A stretch of 62,045 nucleotides of DNA, counting the filler, from Porpidia crustulata (lineage: Eukaryota): the NCBI GenBank assembly GCA_964255105.1. It is 20 parts of 20 records of this genome, joined end to end, with 100 filler letters (N's around TTAATTAATTAA, not from the genome) between each part and the next. Parts side by side here need not be neighbours in the genome. Positions count along the whole stretch, not along the records: positions 1 to 3,056 come from CAXUWE010002359.1; positions 3,157 to 6,210 come from CAXUWE010002360.1; positions 6,311 to 9,357 come from CAXUWE010002361.1; positions 9,458 to 12,495 come from CAXUWE010002362.1; 16 more parts are not named here. One strand, written 5' to 3'. The position numbers and the translations under genes are program-made. This document shows, in pieces, positions 1-12,495 of the stretch; the first letter of the stretch is position 1, and each line of letters begins with the position of its first letter. The notes under the pieces were generated by a model that had not been told where the DNA came from, made no database searches, and saw only the letters and a program-made list of their open reading frames with translations.

Positions 1-1559
1 ATGTTGACGAGGACGAAGTAGCCGCCTTCGGGGTCGGAGTACTGTGGGTGGGGGGTTTGGGTGGTTAGCTCTGTCGGGATGGAATATTGTACTTTTAGAG
101 GTATCATTACGGGTAGACCGAGCTCGTCAAAGACGGCATTGAATCTTTTCATCTTCCCCTGCATTTCTTTTTTACTTTCATCCCAGAATCCCAACTTATC
201 TGCCTGCTCGAATCCTACGGCGGCGGCTTCTTGCAACGGGCTCACGCTGCTGTAACAGATTCGGGTGTGCGCGGCGGAGACGTATTTGATCAAGTGCTCG
301 GGGCCGATAAACCATCCGACTCGCCACCCTGTGGCGTAGAAGTTCTTGCCGGCGGAGCCGACGGTGAGGGTGAGTTTGGCGATCTCGGGGGAGAGGGTGG
401 CTATGCGAGTGAACGGAACGTAATAGAGGCGGTCGTATACCTAGATGAAGTATGAGTTGGATGTAGAAGGGGTTGGGGAGACGGGTTTACTTCGTCGGAT
501 AGAATGATAATATTATGCTTCACACAAAGATTTCCAATAGTCTGAAGCTCTTCTATCGAAAACACTTTACCTACAGGGTTGTGTCTGAGATTTGTTAGAC
601 TATATCTCACGGCTAGAGGTGGCGAGCCTACGGCGAATTCAGTACCTAGAATAATCAATCATCATACCTTTCGTGCTTGGGCATTCTTCGAGAAAACACT
701 TACAATCATCCTTGTTTTTGGATTGATGGCTTTTTCCAATTCGGCAAAATCAACCGTCCAGTCGGCAGCAGATGTCGTTCTTGAAGCTCCATCCTTAGGC
801 GGCTGTAGTGGTACGTATCTACAAATACCACCAGGCATTTCTATATTTGAGATATACCTATGTCCGCACTTTTAGTTGCAATCTAGATCATATCTGCCGG
901 AGATCCTTACTGATCAAAAAATGGCTCAAAGATGACGACTTCATCCCCAGGTTCTATGAAGCCCATGAAAGCGCTGAGCATCCCTTCGTTGGCACCAGTA
1001 GTGATGGTCACTTCCGTGTCTGGATTGATCTTTCTACCGAAAAACGGAGAGTAGGCATCAGCCAGCGCCTTTTTCAGCCTTGGTCGACCCTTTGCAGTAT
1101 TAGTCGCTTCCGGAACACCGCGGGTAATGCGATTCGTGCCTTTGTGGGAGAATACTGGTTACATTCGACTTTATCTAGAGCTTCCTTGGCCGCATCGGTC
1201 ACAAATTTTGGCGGGTTATAGCCGCTACAAACTTCAAGAAATTTTCTTTTATTTTCTCTGCTGCTGAACAGCTGTACTTACAAGAAGCCTTGACCCATGT
1301 TAATAATGGGCTGTACAGGGGACGCAGTTGCTGCTTCATTAACGATGGTCCTGATCGAAGTTTAGCGGATGAGTGTTTTGAGAAATTCAGACATTGCACA
1401 CCAGACATCTTGTTTTTGCCCAGCTACTCTCTGAGCAGGCCTGAAAGGGTCACTTCTGGCTGCAGTTGCAGACATGGCCCGATGGAGTCTTATGCGAGGT
1501 CCAACAGAAAGGCAAGAAGAGAAAAGCGTTTTTCCGGTCAAAGGTAAAAAACTCTGCAT
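1..1559 (-). CDS. BNA3: Kynurenine-oxoglutarate transaminase / class I PLP aminotransferase, multi-exon, 3' truncated by the window edge
   Basis: Spliced translation: MQSFLP..MSATAARSDPFRPAQRVAGQKQDVW^TIVNEAATASPVQPIINMGQGF^GYNPP..NQYSPTK..VLNSP^HNPVGKVF..IILSDEV..SAGKNFYATGWRVG. The SAGK PLP-lysine motif is present and the introns are GT-AG. Confidence 0.88.
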
Positions 1560-2879
1560 GCCCGGGTAGATCAGTCTCCCTCAAGGATCCCGTCCTTCAC
1601 ATTGATCACGTACCAGACACTCTGATTGTCGTCAGTCGAAGCCAATCGGGTGTCTTCAATATGTACTTTCAATATACGGTTAGGTCATTCTTCATTCTTG
1701 CTGAGTCTTCCCTACTCCTTGCCCCCCCTCAATCGGCCATCTTGCCTAGGGTTAGGGTTAGGTCTACTAGTTTCAAGGAAGGGTGGGAAAGAATAGTCCT
1801 AAACTGTTTTCTCTCTCATCGCATCCTGATGTGCGGATCCTTCTTACACAGTAGACTCATACAGTGTGCGAATGAATGCAATGGCTCCTCTCCGTTTTGT
1901 CCCAGCTGGTCACTGTTTTGGTACTGTCAAAGTCGTTCTGTTTCCGAAATATACTAGATGCTATCCTGAGCATTGATACGTTTTCAGTACTCAACCTATG
2001 TATTGAGAAGAGCAATTTAGCAACAATGAAGATGAGGAGTCCGAGTGTGGGACTCGCCGTCGGAAGAATCACTGATCTCAAGCTGGCGCATGTCTTCAGA
2101 TTGGCTGTGTATTAATGTTTCGATTCAGTACCTACGAAGCTATACTGTACGTCAGAGATGACTGCTTCAAATTATTCTTGTATGGAGATTAGGTTGACGA
2201 CATAGTCAAGTGAGACGAAATTGATTGGGGACGTATTACACGATCAGGATATCCCATGAATGGTGCTATGTAATGCACTAGGTGGCTTGCTGAATTGCCG
2301 TGGATACATCATCGCTTTACCTACCTCAGTCTTCCAGCGCTATGGGGCTGTCAAAGGTAGATGGATATGATAATATCTACCTTGAAGGTTGACGGCACGG
2401 GCTACGTGGAAATGGAAATTGTTCAATTCTGAGTAACATGAAAGGTAGTGGTTACAATCCTGAAACGCTGATATTTTGAAGGAGTTTGGACAGAGACTGG
2501 ATTAAACACTGGAGAAGACGCCATGGTTGGAAAGAACGATGCCAGATGACCAGACCTGAGAATCAAGAAGACATCGTCGCCACTTAATGCTGGAGGACAC
2601 ATTCCACTGCAGACAGTGTTAGTGATTGGGTATCATGTAGCCGTGTGTTGATTTCGTACTATTTCTGCTTGAGAGAGTCAAATCCTCCCGCAATTATATC
2701 TTTATTTACAAATCCTACCACAGGAATGAGTAGCTGCAGACGTTAGTAGAAACTATTGGCATACAGGGCTCGATTTGGATGTAATGGCATTGAGCGCTGA
2801 TTGAGAATTTTTGGCTCTATCGGACTAGTTTTGCTCGACTAGCATAGTTCTATCGCTTATTTAGTGTTAATAAGACTAC

Positions 2880-3056
2880 GGATTTTTTGTTTCTTCGGAT
2901 TTTTTTTCTCTACGTATTATCTGATTATCTACATTAATATATTCTCTATATACGATTATTATAATTGTATTATATTAATTAAATACATGTTTATTATTTA
3001 TTATATTTATTGTTGAGATATATGATGGGCTGACTTAGGGTGAAAAGGGTTGTGGA
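2880..3056. repeat. AT/TpA-rich degenerate tract followed by a possible LTR start (TGTTGAGA..) at the contig end
   Basis: 2900-3010 is almost all A/T with many TA dinucleotides. TGTTG begins at 3011 and the contig breaks at 3056. Confidence 0.35.
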
Positions 3057-3156
3057 NNNNNNNNNNNNNNNNNNNNNNNNNNNNNNNNNNNNNNNNNNNN
3101 TTAATTAATTAANNNNNNNNNNNNNNNNNNNNNNNNNNNNNNNNNNNNNNNNNNNN
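3057..3156. other. Artificial contig linker N44-TTAATTAATTAA-N44 (first of 19)
   Basis: Identical 100-bp linkers start at 3057, 6211, 9358, 12496, 15626, 18753, 21880, 25007, 28127, 31237, 34341, 37440, 40536, 43629, 46720, 49803, 52878, 55940 and 58994. The palindromic 12-mer gives stops in all six frames. Confidence 0.99.
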
Positions 3157-3211
3157 AAGTCTATTACTCTCTCTGTTTATATCTTGTGTTGTTAAAGGGA
3201 CAACCGTTACA
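3157..3211. mobile_element. Possible LTR terminus (..AACCGTTACA; reverse complement TGTAACGG) at the contig start
   Basis: Resembles the TGT..ACA termini of fungal Ty3/gypsy LTRs and lies next to an assembly break. No internal domains are visible. Confidence 0.3.
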
Positions 3212-3417
3212 TCATGGCGACCAAGGCGCTCATCCTGAGGGGTACGCTCCTCCGGCGTATATCTAGTACTTTAGTAAGCTGGCGCTAACAACTAGCATAT
3301 GTGACTAATTCCTTGTCTTAGTGCTCCCGATCGGCCATACCACGAGAGGTGTAAAGACGTCATCTGTCTACCGCGACAGACGTTTATGAATACTCCTAAA
3401 ACTTGCTTTATTCCTTT

Positions 3418-4635
3418 CTAAAACCCGATAAGATTATCCCACCACTAATATAATAGAACAACCAGCTCAATGCTCAAAGCCGCAGCCTAATCTAGATCAG
3501 TCAGACTTGCTCCAGTTGGGGGTATGAAATAAGTAGAAGGCTAAACAAAAGTCACCAAAGCGTGTGATCCTAGAAAAGCCGCAGCCCTGATACGTCTATC
3601 AAGATTGACAGGGTTCCATTTAGCTTCGCCTAAGTTGTTAGCGACTGCCTAGGAGGTACATAATATAAGCCACGTTTGGCCTACCAATTCTTGATTCCCG
3701 GGTATCACTGACCATAGCACGACAACAATTTCCCCGAGCAACAGACTACCGGTAGCAAACCGGAATCCTTTCGATGATGCTAAGGCGAGGGACCCAAAGA
3801 AGCTAGCAGCGGAGGTTACCTGGCAAGATACAGCAAACGTAGCACGGTCCGTGTTTATGGAAGCCATTCCAACAACCTTAGAAACGGTTGGATACGCGAT
3901 GGCAGCGAGCATATCACCATCAATGTGCAGAGCCCTAGTCGTGGGGGCGGACTCGCTCGCCGCACCCATTTGATCAGGCACTAATAGTCGCCGACCTATG
4001 ACTGACATGGCACCGAGATACCATGCCAAATATGTCCCTGGGCCCCAATAGCTTGAGACGTGTGAAGTATAATATGTGAATGGGGCGATCCATTGACTAT
4101 GCTGATCTGGGGACAGATCTGAAAAGGCGGCTACGTTGAAGAGCTTTATCAGAATGTATGTGAAGAAGCAGATGTAGAATGAACCAGCTTGCGTCCAGGG
4201 AAAGGACACGGCCTGCCGGGTAATCGTCAGCTGATATAACCCAAGGAATTATTGCCAGACCTTCTGCCAAAGTCGTCGATCTGTCTTTAGATTGCTTCGC
4301 TCTCTCGTATCACCTCCAATATTCAACAGTGATGGATTCACATATTCCACGCATCCCACACAGGTGACAAATAAAATTACAACTTTCAAGCCATGAGTCG
4401 TAAATACAGAGGGTCCGACGTGATACATAGAGTACCAGAGCGCTCCTCCAACACAAGCCGACATATAGCATACTCCGAATATTGTCGACAAAGACTTCTC
4501 TGCACTAGATTCGAAGTATTAGACACAGGTCTTGAAAAATACCACAAGCATGAACAAGCAGACCGTGGCGAGCTCCGTACGGAAAGAATGATTATGAAGT
4601 TTTTGACGCCGGTCCTGAGCGATATTATCGTTCAT
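3418..4635 (-). pseudogene. Fungal multi-TM membrane protein pseudogene with in-frame TAA/TAG stops
   Basis: One frame runs from ATG 4635 with stops at 4521, 4251, 3651, 3543, 3489 and 3447 and no frameshift. Motifs: SSYWGPGTYLAWYL, DMLAAIAYP, PTGASLTDLD*AAAL. Confidence 0.7.
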
Positions 4636-5469
4636 GCTAAGCTAAGGAAAAAATAGTTGTTCCGCAGCGATGATTACTTTCGTTCACATTGACTCACGGA
4701 TGAGGTAGGTATGCAGAAGACCAGCCTAATGCAAAAGAAAGGCCACAGCTTCGCAGGCTCCAAATTCTCGCGTTGTAGCCACTCGTGCCGCCGAGAGGTT
4801 TCATCATGTTCTGCTGTGTGATCCTTTGCCCCAAATCCGTGTACGCGATATGTAGAATCTCGAATGGCAGCCCTCTCCTTTAGAATGTATGAAGTCCTAT
4901 TTATGAATGGAGAAAAGAAAGCACTATCCAATGGGGATATAGACAAGATCAGCAAGCATCTGACAAGCTCTATTCCATTAGACACATAGATGAGCGTACT
5001 TACGCTGATTTCTATGCGTCAGACCTAGCATCGTTCTGAACGTAATGCAATTCGTTTTGTCTTGCAAAGCTAACCATTTGTAAGCATAATCATCATATAA
5101 GCATCGTGTATTTCTTCATGTTCAAATGCCTCAGTATAGATCTTGTTCACCCACAAAAGAATTACATTCTGCACCCACTCTCCTACCAAAATCTTTCCAC
5201 AAGATGCTTTTCTTTCCACATTTCATTCTCTTTGCTTCGAGCGCCGGCGCCTTCGCCTTATCTGCCAATCCAGAGAACCCTAAGAACAAAGCGATTTCTT
5301 GAAAAGCCAGACAAGTAGATCTTTTGATGTTGCATGCGAGCTGCAGTGGGTTATGATATAATCTCACATTTCAATATCGAGCAGCTACCCTCTTTCGATG
5401 TTTGCTGAAGCATTTGGATGCATTTTCGACCCTCTCCCCCGTATCAGAGGCAACGCCAGCACCAAGAAC

Positions 5470-6038
5470 CTAGCTCGAATGGCCTTCGCGAGTAGAGATG
5501 TTGACAGAATCCGGTGCATCATGTCCGGCCTGGGCTGCACAGACATTCCTTTTCCTTCCGAAGTCCTGTACCTTCTCCCATGACTTGCTCTGCAGCTCGT
5601 ACTGATGTCCATTTGCGCCAGCAGCCGTCAAGTATTCAACTGGAATTTCGTACACTTCATCCATCTTGACATAAGCCTTCTTCTCGGTATAAGTCCAAGC
5701 GTCCCGACCGTTGCATAGTTTCAGCTAAATTTCACTATGCTAATTCTTCTTCGACGGATATATGGGTAGGTAGTCGATGTATTGTAATGTGGAGGCGGCA
5801 CTGGATGTGATCTGCTTATGACAAATATCACTCATTTGCACCGCACGCCTAGCATGACGGAGATACTGATAGTGACTACCTTGACCCAATTCCATCGATC
5901 CGCCCATCCAAGTACCATGACCATATGACCTCGCGCCGCTTTGGGCAGGCACGCGTCGGTTGTAGCATATTGCTGGCTTATTCCTGTTTGCGAGAGGACT
6001 TTATAGAACTTGCCGTGGGGCAGGTTTTGGGAGCGCAT
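5470..6038 (-). pseudogene. Small hypothetical-protein pseudogene with PemK/MazF-like motif spacing
   Basis: ARGHMVMVLGW..VKVVT^ITS..IDYLPIYPSKKN*HSEI*LKLCNG..KKAYVKMDEVYEIPVEYL, with TAG stops at 5742 and 5727. Confidence 0.5.
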
Positions 6039-6310
6039 GGTGGACAAACAGCTTGAGCGAGAATCTCAAGTTAAGCGGAGCCGGCTCGTTTATGATTGCC
6101 TAAAACATGAATGGCTTTTGCTCCTTTTCCAGTAAGTGTAAAAACCATCACGAGCAGTAGTAGTAGTAGTAGTAGATTTCATTCCGCCCGGAGGCTCTAA
6201 GCCTATAGGGNNNNNNNNNNNNNNNNNNNNNNNNNNNNNNNNNNNNNNNNNNNNTTAATTAATTAANNNNNNNNNNNNNNNNNNNNNNNNNNNNNNNNNN
6301 NNNNNNNNNN

Positions 6311-8475
6311 CGTGGGAAGGAGCGCATGGTGGAGGAGAGCGGGGAGGGGGAGTTGCGGAGGTGGCGGCTTGAGGAGTTGCGGTGCAGGATTGCGTTGGTG
6401 CTGGTGCTAGTGGAGGCCCAGCTCGAGGCGCTGAGGATACTGGCGTTGCGCGTGGAGGGGCGGATGCGGCCGTAGCCCGGTGGGCCGCCGATGCCGTGAC
6501 CGGCGCCGATGGTGCTGTAGCTGAGGCTGGGGTTGGTGAGGTGGAAGCTGCCGTGGCCGTGGCCGAGTCCGCTGATTCGGTGGGCGGAGAGGAAGAGGGA
6601 GCTTGTTCTATCGATACGCGAGTGGCCTTTTATTTGCCTGGAGAGCCGATGGACTGGAGAACCGTAGTTTATACTTGAGACTCCGGAGTTCTTTGATTTG
6701 CTAGCGCTTGAGGGGTGGTTCAGGGCGTTGCCTCGCGTTGGCGGTCGCTCTTCTGGTAGTAGACTGAACTCTGGGATAGCCCGTGCGACTTCTTCCTGCC
6801 AGCTCTCTGATTTCGGCATGCTTCTCCTCTCGTTGTCGGGGGTTCTGGAAGATCGGAAATGTGAGAGACGCCAATCTTTCCTGGGGAGCAGCGAAACTCT
6901 CTCCAAGCGAGGCGATTCCGTCATTGGTAACCCATCCTCAGGCGCTACTTCTTGATGCCGGATAGGATAGGAGATCTTCTCTTTAGGGGAATCCAGATAG
7001 CCTCGCTTCAATCGCTGTTGCCGCCTTTTCTTCGAGCGCAACCATAGAATCAACAGCCCAAGTAGTAATACTACTGACGGCACAACAATCGCTGCGGCTT
7101 CTTTCCGATATTTGACACTTCCACTGTCGGCTGGCGCGATCACCGGCGATCTGGCCTCACTGGTTGCGCTCGGTGGGGATGACGCCGTATCGCTCTGACT
7201 TGGGCTGGCAGGATCACCGTTCGGATTCCCACCTTGTTTGATCATGCTCAAGAAAATAATCTTTGACTGACTTTGGGACTGTTCGCGTGCTGTTATATTG
7301 AGGGAAATCTGTTGTGGTTGCATGTCACTCGACACATTGCCTGTGAGCTCTAGCTTCTGGGAGTCGAAATTTAGCCAAGATGAAGCATTGCCGAGGTCAA
7401 CGGTTACAAGCAGATCTGGACTGGTATTCAGTATACCACTGAGCTCATACTCGAATCTCGACCCGATGGTCGTGCATATAGTGTCGTTGGCATAGTTGAA
7501 AAGACTTGTGATGCCACCATTCCGGACGCCAATAACGGTGTCTGCTTGATCGCCATATATGTCTATAGCACTGATAGTAAAATTCTGTGGGCTAGCAGAT
7601 AGAGGCGCAGTTCCTGACAATGTAAGGGTCTCGTTGTCGAATACCATCCAGGGTGGCGTCTGCGCCGAAACCTGGGCCAGGTCTGAGGGCTTTGTAGGAA
7701 TACCATCAAAGAGAAGGTCCATCTGTAGACCGGTGTAATTGAAGGGATTTCCAGGCTTTACGTTGAAAGTGTGTAGATTCTTACTGAATATAAATGAATG
7801 ACTCTCGATGACGAGCTGAAATGTTGCGACCGCTCCCGCAAAACCCACGACATCAGACGCTATCAACTTTATGCCAATAGTCTGCGACAATTCCGCTGGT
7901 GAGGTAGAAGCTGGCGTAGTACCTGAAAAGTCTAGACTATTTGGATTGAACGCAAGCCACGAAGGTAAAGGGGTGTTATTGGCGCATATTGCATAATACA
8001 CAGTTTTATCGTTCGTGTTTGTAAAAGTCTCTGGCTTGAATGACACTGAAAGAGGATTGGAGTGAGATAATATGAGGCTATCAGTACTCGAGGAAGTTTC
8101 AAGAGAAAGCTGATCTTTTACCGGTATACCGAGCCCTGGACCTGGATCTGCGGATACCACCAAGGTAATCAGCATTGAAGTTGAACCTAAATCGTCGGAT
8201 GCGACAAGGTTAATAACAGCAGACCCAACATCTGCAGATTCTGGAGTGCCATATAAAGTCCTGCTGGGACCATCAAGGTGTAGCCAGTCGGCTGAATTAA
8301 ATAGCGCATAAGTCATCGAAGATGCACTTTCAGCGAAAGTTGACTCCGAGAAGACAAAGGTGAATGCCTTTGAAACTCGAGCGACAGGTGGAACTTGTGC
8401 ATTAATAGGAAGGTTGATGCTAGGGACTGCTGCGATAGTTGTACTGAGAGCCAATAGCCAGACCAGGAGGGCCAT
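6311..8475 (-). CDS. AXL2: Axl2-like axial budding/polarity type I membrane glycoprotein (cadherin-like/He_PIG repeats), 3' truncated
   Basis: Signal peptide from ATG 8475, then LPINAQVPPVARV, repeated LPSWLAF/PPWMVFD/SWLNFD..L.GT units, a TM helix AAAIVVPSVVLLLGLLILWL, a basic stop-transfer segment and a Ser/Arg-rich tail. Confidence 0.9.
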
Positions 8476-10637
8476 CTTCAACCCTGCCTGCGCCTGCCGC
8501 AGATGGGCGTTTCAAGATGGGTCTGCAGCGGAGAATAGCGCAAGGGAGAACGTGATTGCGATTTCATAGCAAAGCAATCTGATATAACATGTCTATCGAC
8601 AGTCTGAGCAACAAACAATCTACTCTTTGCAATCGCAACAGAAAGAAAGGAAGAAATCCAAGAGCCATCGACTGAATTGCTCGCGAAGGGGCAAAGGTGC
8701 GTCACGTCTTCAAGAATGAAGACCGCGATCACTATAACCCAATTCGGAAAGATAGAATTTGCACGGCTGGAAGCGCGGCAAGGGATTGCGGCCTCACGAT
8801 TTGCATTCCAGGGGGAAAAAAAAAGAAAGACAAAAAGGAAAACCACCAATCTGCTGTCAGTTTGACGCCATTACGCCCTAGGCCATAGCAGCCTTCAACA
8901 ACAGACGCATACAAACATCTCACAGGCACGCTTCATTAATCCAAAGCTACACCTCCTGGCATCCTTGGCTTTTTAAACGTTGTGATAACATAACAGCTGC
9001 TTTAGCAATGCCATTAAGTTCGCAACTCTCAACAACACAGAATCTGTGCCCCGAAAATCTCTTCTCAGTACGAACTCATATTATATTCGCAGCTAACCGC
9101 AACACTAGATTTAGACGTGTCGTCCAGCATGAGAGCTACATCGAAGTTCCGGTTCTTGAGCTCCGAGTCAGAACTAAAGGCTTCGATAGATAGTGTTTGA
9201 ACTAGATATTCCTTTGAGGCGGTGCTCTTCCGAGCATGTACACGGGGAGAGATCAATTGATGTGATTGATGAGGTAGGATCTCAAGGGTCAGCGGAATAA
9301 TTCCGCTCATTTCACCCCCCAACCCAACAGTGCGAACCACACCCTTCCACCCCCACANNNNNNNNNNNNNNNNNNNNNNNNNNNNNNNNNNNNNNNNNNN
9401 NTTAATTAATTAANNNNNNNNNNNNNNNNNNNNNNNNNNNNNNNNNNNNNNNNNNNNGGAATGTAGGTGTTGTCATGGCTCATGGCACGATAACGGCTCA
9501 TGGTAAAGCTAGAAAATGTCAGCGAGATCATTTTGACTCGATAAATCTGGGCATCGTACACATACGTCTTGACGCTCGTACTCAAGGTATTGGAGCGATA
9601 CTGTCACTCGTCCATTAAGGTGCTGGATGGATTGTTCCTACGTCTGCATGGAGGCTTGAGGCGATTGTCTATATGATTCCTCCAGGACAGGTCTTTTTTT
9701 CGTTTCCGACGATATTCGTCTTTCGGTAGTATAGTTCTAACAGCCTAGATAAGAGATGCCGTATGCCAAAGGGTATGTCCCTGGGTTCCTCCATCTAGAT
9801 TCTTGTCATTACGCCGGATTTCTGGGTGGGATCTTGTCTTGGGGACTGATCCAGGTATTGTTCCCGATCGAAAAACCATGACTTGCGGAAAAGCTTCTTG
9901 TTCAGACTCCAGCTTGCTGGACAAGACCTTGCTTCCAGACCTCTTGCCGTCTTTCTGCCAGCGCTTTTACTTGCCCGTGTGCTGTCATGAGCGCAACTAT
10001 TCGCGCGCAGTCTTTCTGGGCCGACCATCGTCTTGTGCAGCGTCACCGGAATACGTTTGGCCGTCTAATTTCGCATGTTCGTGGGTGGACCGACGGAAGA
10101 GGTTGATGCTGCATCGCGGAGTCTCCTGGAGGATGTCCCTTACCCTTGCAAAAACGAATGTCGTGTCCGGGAACGAGAGCCACGATTGTGAGGAAGAGTG
10201 GATGAAGGTGAGCGATAAATCTGCACGTCAGGTAATATCATAATCTGACCGCCTACCTAGACATGGTGATTGCGATAGACGAGATAGTGCTCACGTGAGG
10301 CTGCATTAAACACAATCAGGCCTTGGCGGCTTATGGATGATGGGAATCGATCATGGAGGATTCAACTTTAGCTAGCCGGGCTTAAATGCCTATGCACGAA
10401 TAATCTACGGTAACATCCATTTATCTTGATTGCCTAGGAGCAGTCACCATAATCCAAATGCTTTTCCTGAGCATACGCCGTACTCCTTGCAGGGGGTATT
10501 GACGCCTTCCATAATTCCCAAAACAACCAGCCTCCCATAGCCATAAATTCGTGGTTGGCCGTCAGAATTGCTTCTTCCTTCATAATCCGGTCGGGGCCTC
10601 TGTACATATAGCATTGCACTCCAAGTATCTTCGCAAT

Positions 10638-11365
10638 CTAGAAGATCCCTCTCCACGAAGCACCACCAACTCCATCATCCTGCCCTTGCAACCGTTTCGA
10701 GAAGATTTCGTACTCGTCTTGTCTCATGAATTCGATCGACTTGAAGACTGCCTCGGGGAAGGTCTCACAATGCTTTGATGCTGTTTCGTGGCGCTCAACG
10801 TGCCAGGAGGTATCGGGCCTTCGTATCGACAGCTCCTGGCAGGCGTCGTCGGCGAAGAAGATTGCATGCCTCATCCCGTCGGGCCATGAGAGAGTTACTG
10901 AGCGGGCATTGAATTGTATTGGCACTTGCTGTGTTGAAGTCCGTAGAAGAGGCTGGGTCTTGTAATTAAGCAGGGAGCTAGGGTCGCGAGCCTCGGTCTT
11001 TTCATCAACGCTGCGCTCCATGACCCCCATTGGATAGCACTTGGAATTGTTTATATGCGGTGGACAGCTTAGGGGGCTTAGAAGGTCTGAGATACTGATA
11101 GAGCCGTCATCTGAGATGGGAATGTCCGCACCACTGTCGCATTTGATGTTAGTTTCAGGAATAAGTCAGTCGATTACTGGCACATTGAAGATGCTTACCA
11201 CGACTGATTGGGCCACGCTACCACCGGGTTCTGAGCCGCCGAGTCTTGAGAGCAGGATGAGAGTTTTTTAGAGTAGTCAGAGTAGTCACCGGTCTCCGAT
11301 GACGCAGCGATGCGAGATGTTGCGGAAATGCATAGCATGTAGAAAAGACTGTGACGGTAAAACAT
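10638..11365 (-). CDS. Hypothetical, possibly secreted protein (2 exons; 3' end uncertain)
   Basis: ATG 11365 (MFYRHSLFYMLCISATSRIAAS). Intron 11198-11134 (GTAAGC..CTAAC..CAG) splices in frame into ORF 11030-10638. A shifted-frame ORF continues to 10444. Confidence 0.45.
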
Positions 11366-12421
11366 TGCAAGAGAATGGTCGATAGTATCCCAGAAGGCAA
11401 TGGAGCTACAGAGAGGTGAGACCCGTCATGATATAAATGCCATGTGAGTGAATGAAAGGTTTCAACTAGCAAGACTCCAACAGAGTAGGAATGAGGCGAA
11501 GCAATGGATTTACAACAAGTCAGTAATCCCACGGGAAACGGGAAGCAAGAATATCTAGTAAGCCGTACTGTAGCTTAAGACACTGGTGGATGGAGCTGAA
11601 AAAAGGAAGAGCCATGCGATGCACGGCGCAGCGGTGAAGACATGCCCCGATGAGTCGCAATAGTTTGTCTTAAGTGATACACTTAGTGGAAGAGATTCAA
11701 CGTTCCTAAATCGAAAGAGGAACATCGATTCGCCAAGCCAACATGTTTGATCACCTAGAAGAATAGGACAGGCAATCGTCGACGCGATGCAAAGGTGAAA
11801 CGTGGGAAACAGGCAGTGTTGGGTCCTGTTTATCATCCAGAGGTGGCGCGGGTTGCCTCATTGTGTTAATTTTGAACAAATGAGAGGGCGCCGTTCTGGC
11901 GCCAAACGTGTTGCTAAATTAGGGGGAGTTTGCGCCTGCATACTCTACAGCAAACCTACCAATTCTCTCTAAACAGCGGTATTGAAGCTACAGCTGAAGA
12001 GAGAAGGTATGTGGATGTTGGTCTAGATGCAGTGCTCTAACGTTGAAAGCAGGAGGCTCTACCCATGTATTGGTGTAGTAGTTCTAGAGGTGAGGATTTC
12101 GGTCTCTCGGAAACTGTGGACTGCTGGGGTGACGATTGACGAATGAGGAGGCTTTATTTCATTATTAATGTAGCCTTATGGCATTATCTCTTACTTCCAG
12201 CCAGTCATCATTCGATAAAATATAGAATTTTCTGAACCAATCAATCACCTATCAAAGTAAGGTATCTATTCCCAAATATGGCTCAAACGACATACCTTAA
12301 CTCATGCGACGTCTGATGAGACAGTAATTTACGAGACAAACAAATACGAAAGGGTAAGACTATAGGGTAAACAATATAGGCACATCAGGTACATCGACTA
12401 CACGCCGTGCACGCCTACCCT

Positions 12422-12495
12422 TACTCGTTCCCAACCCAAATGGTCCGCACCCCCAAACTGTCCGCCCTACCTAGGGTTAGGGCTACATTATAGGG
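12422..12495 (+). mobile_element. Fot1/pogo-type transposon end with subterminal TTAGGG
   Basis: TA|CTCGTTCC, then CCCAAATGGTCCGC / CCCAAACTGTCCGC 17 bp apart, then ACCTAGGGTTAGGGC. The contig breaks inside it. Confidence 0.6.

Noticed and set aside
3101..3112. TTAATTAATTAA recurring every ~3.1 kb, as a CRISPR-like or periodic element
   Set aside because: It is always centred in N padding, so it is an assembly linker.
3418..6038. Stop-codon reassignment or A-to-I repair as the explanation for the TAG/TAA stops
   Set aside because: Intact genes in the window end normally in TAG/TAA/TGA, and the interrupted positions look like Gln rather than Trp, so RIP is simpler.
9795..10243. Overlapping ORFs on both strands
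   Set aside because: No recognisable motifs or consistent splice structure.
12470..12495. True chromosome telomere
   Set aside because: Only about two TTAGGG units, embedded in a TIR-like context with other sequence after them.
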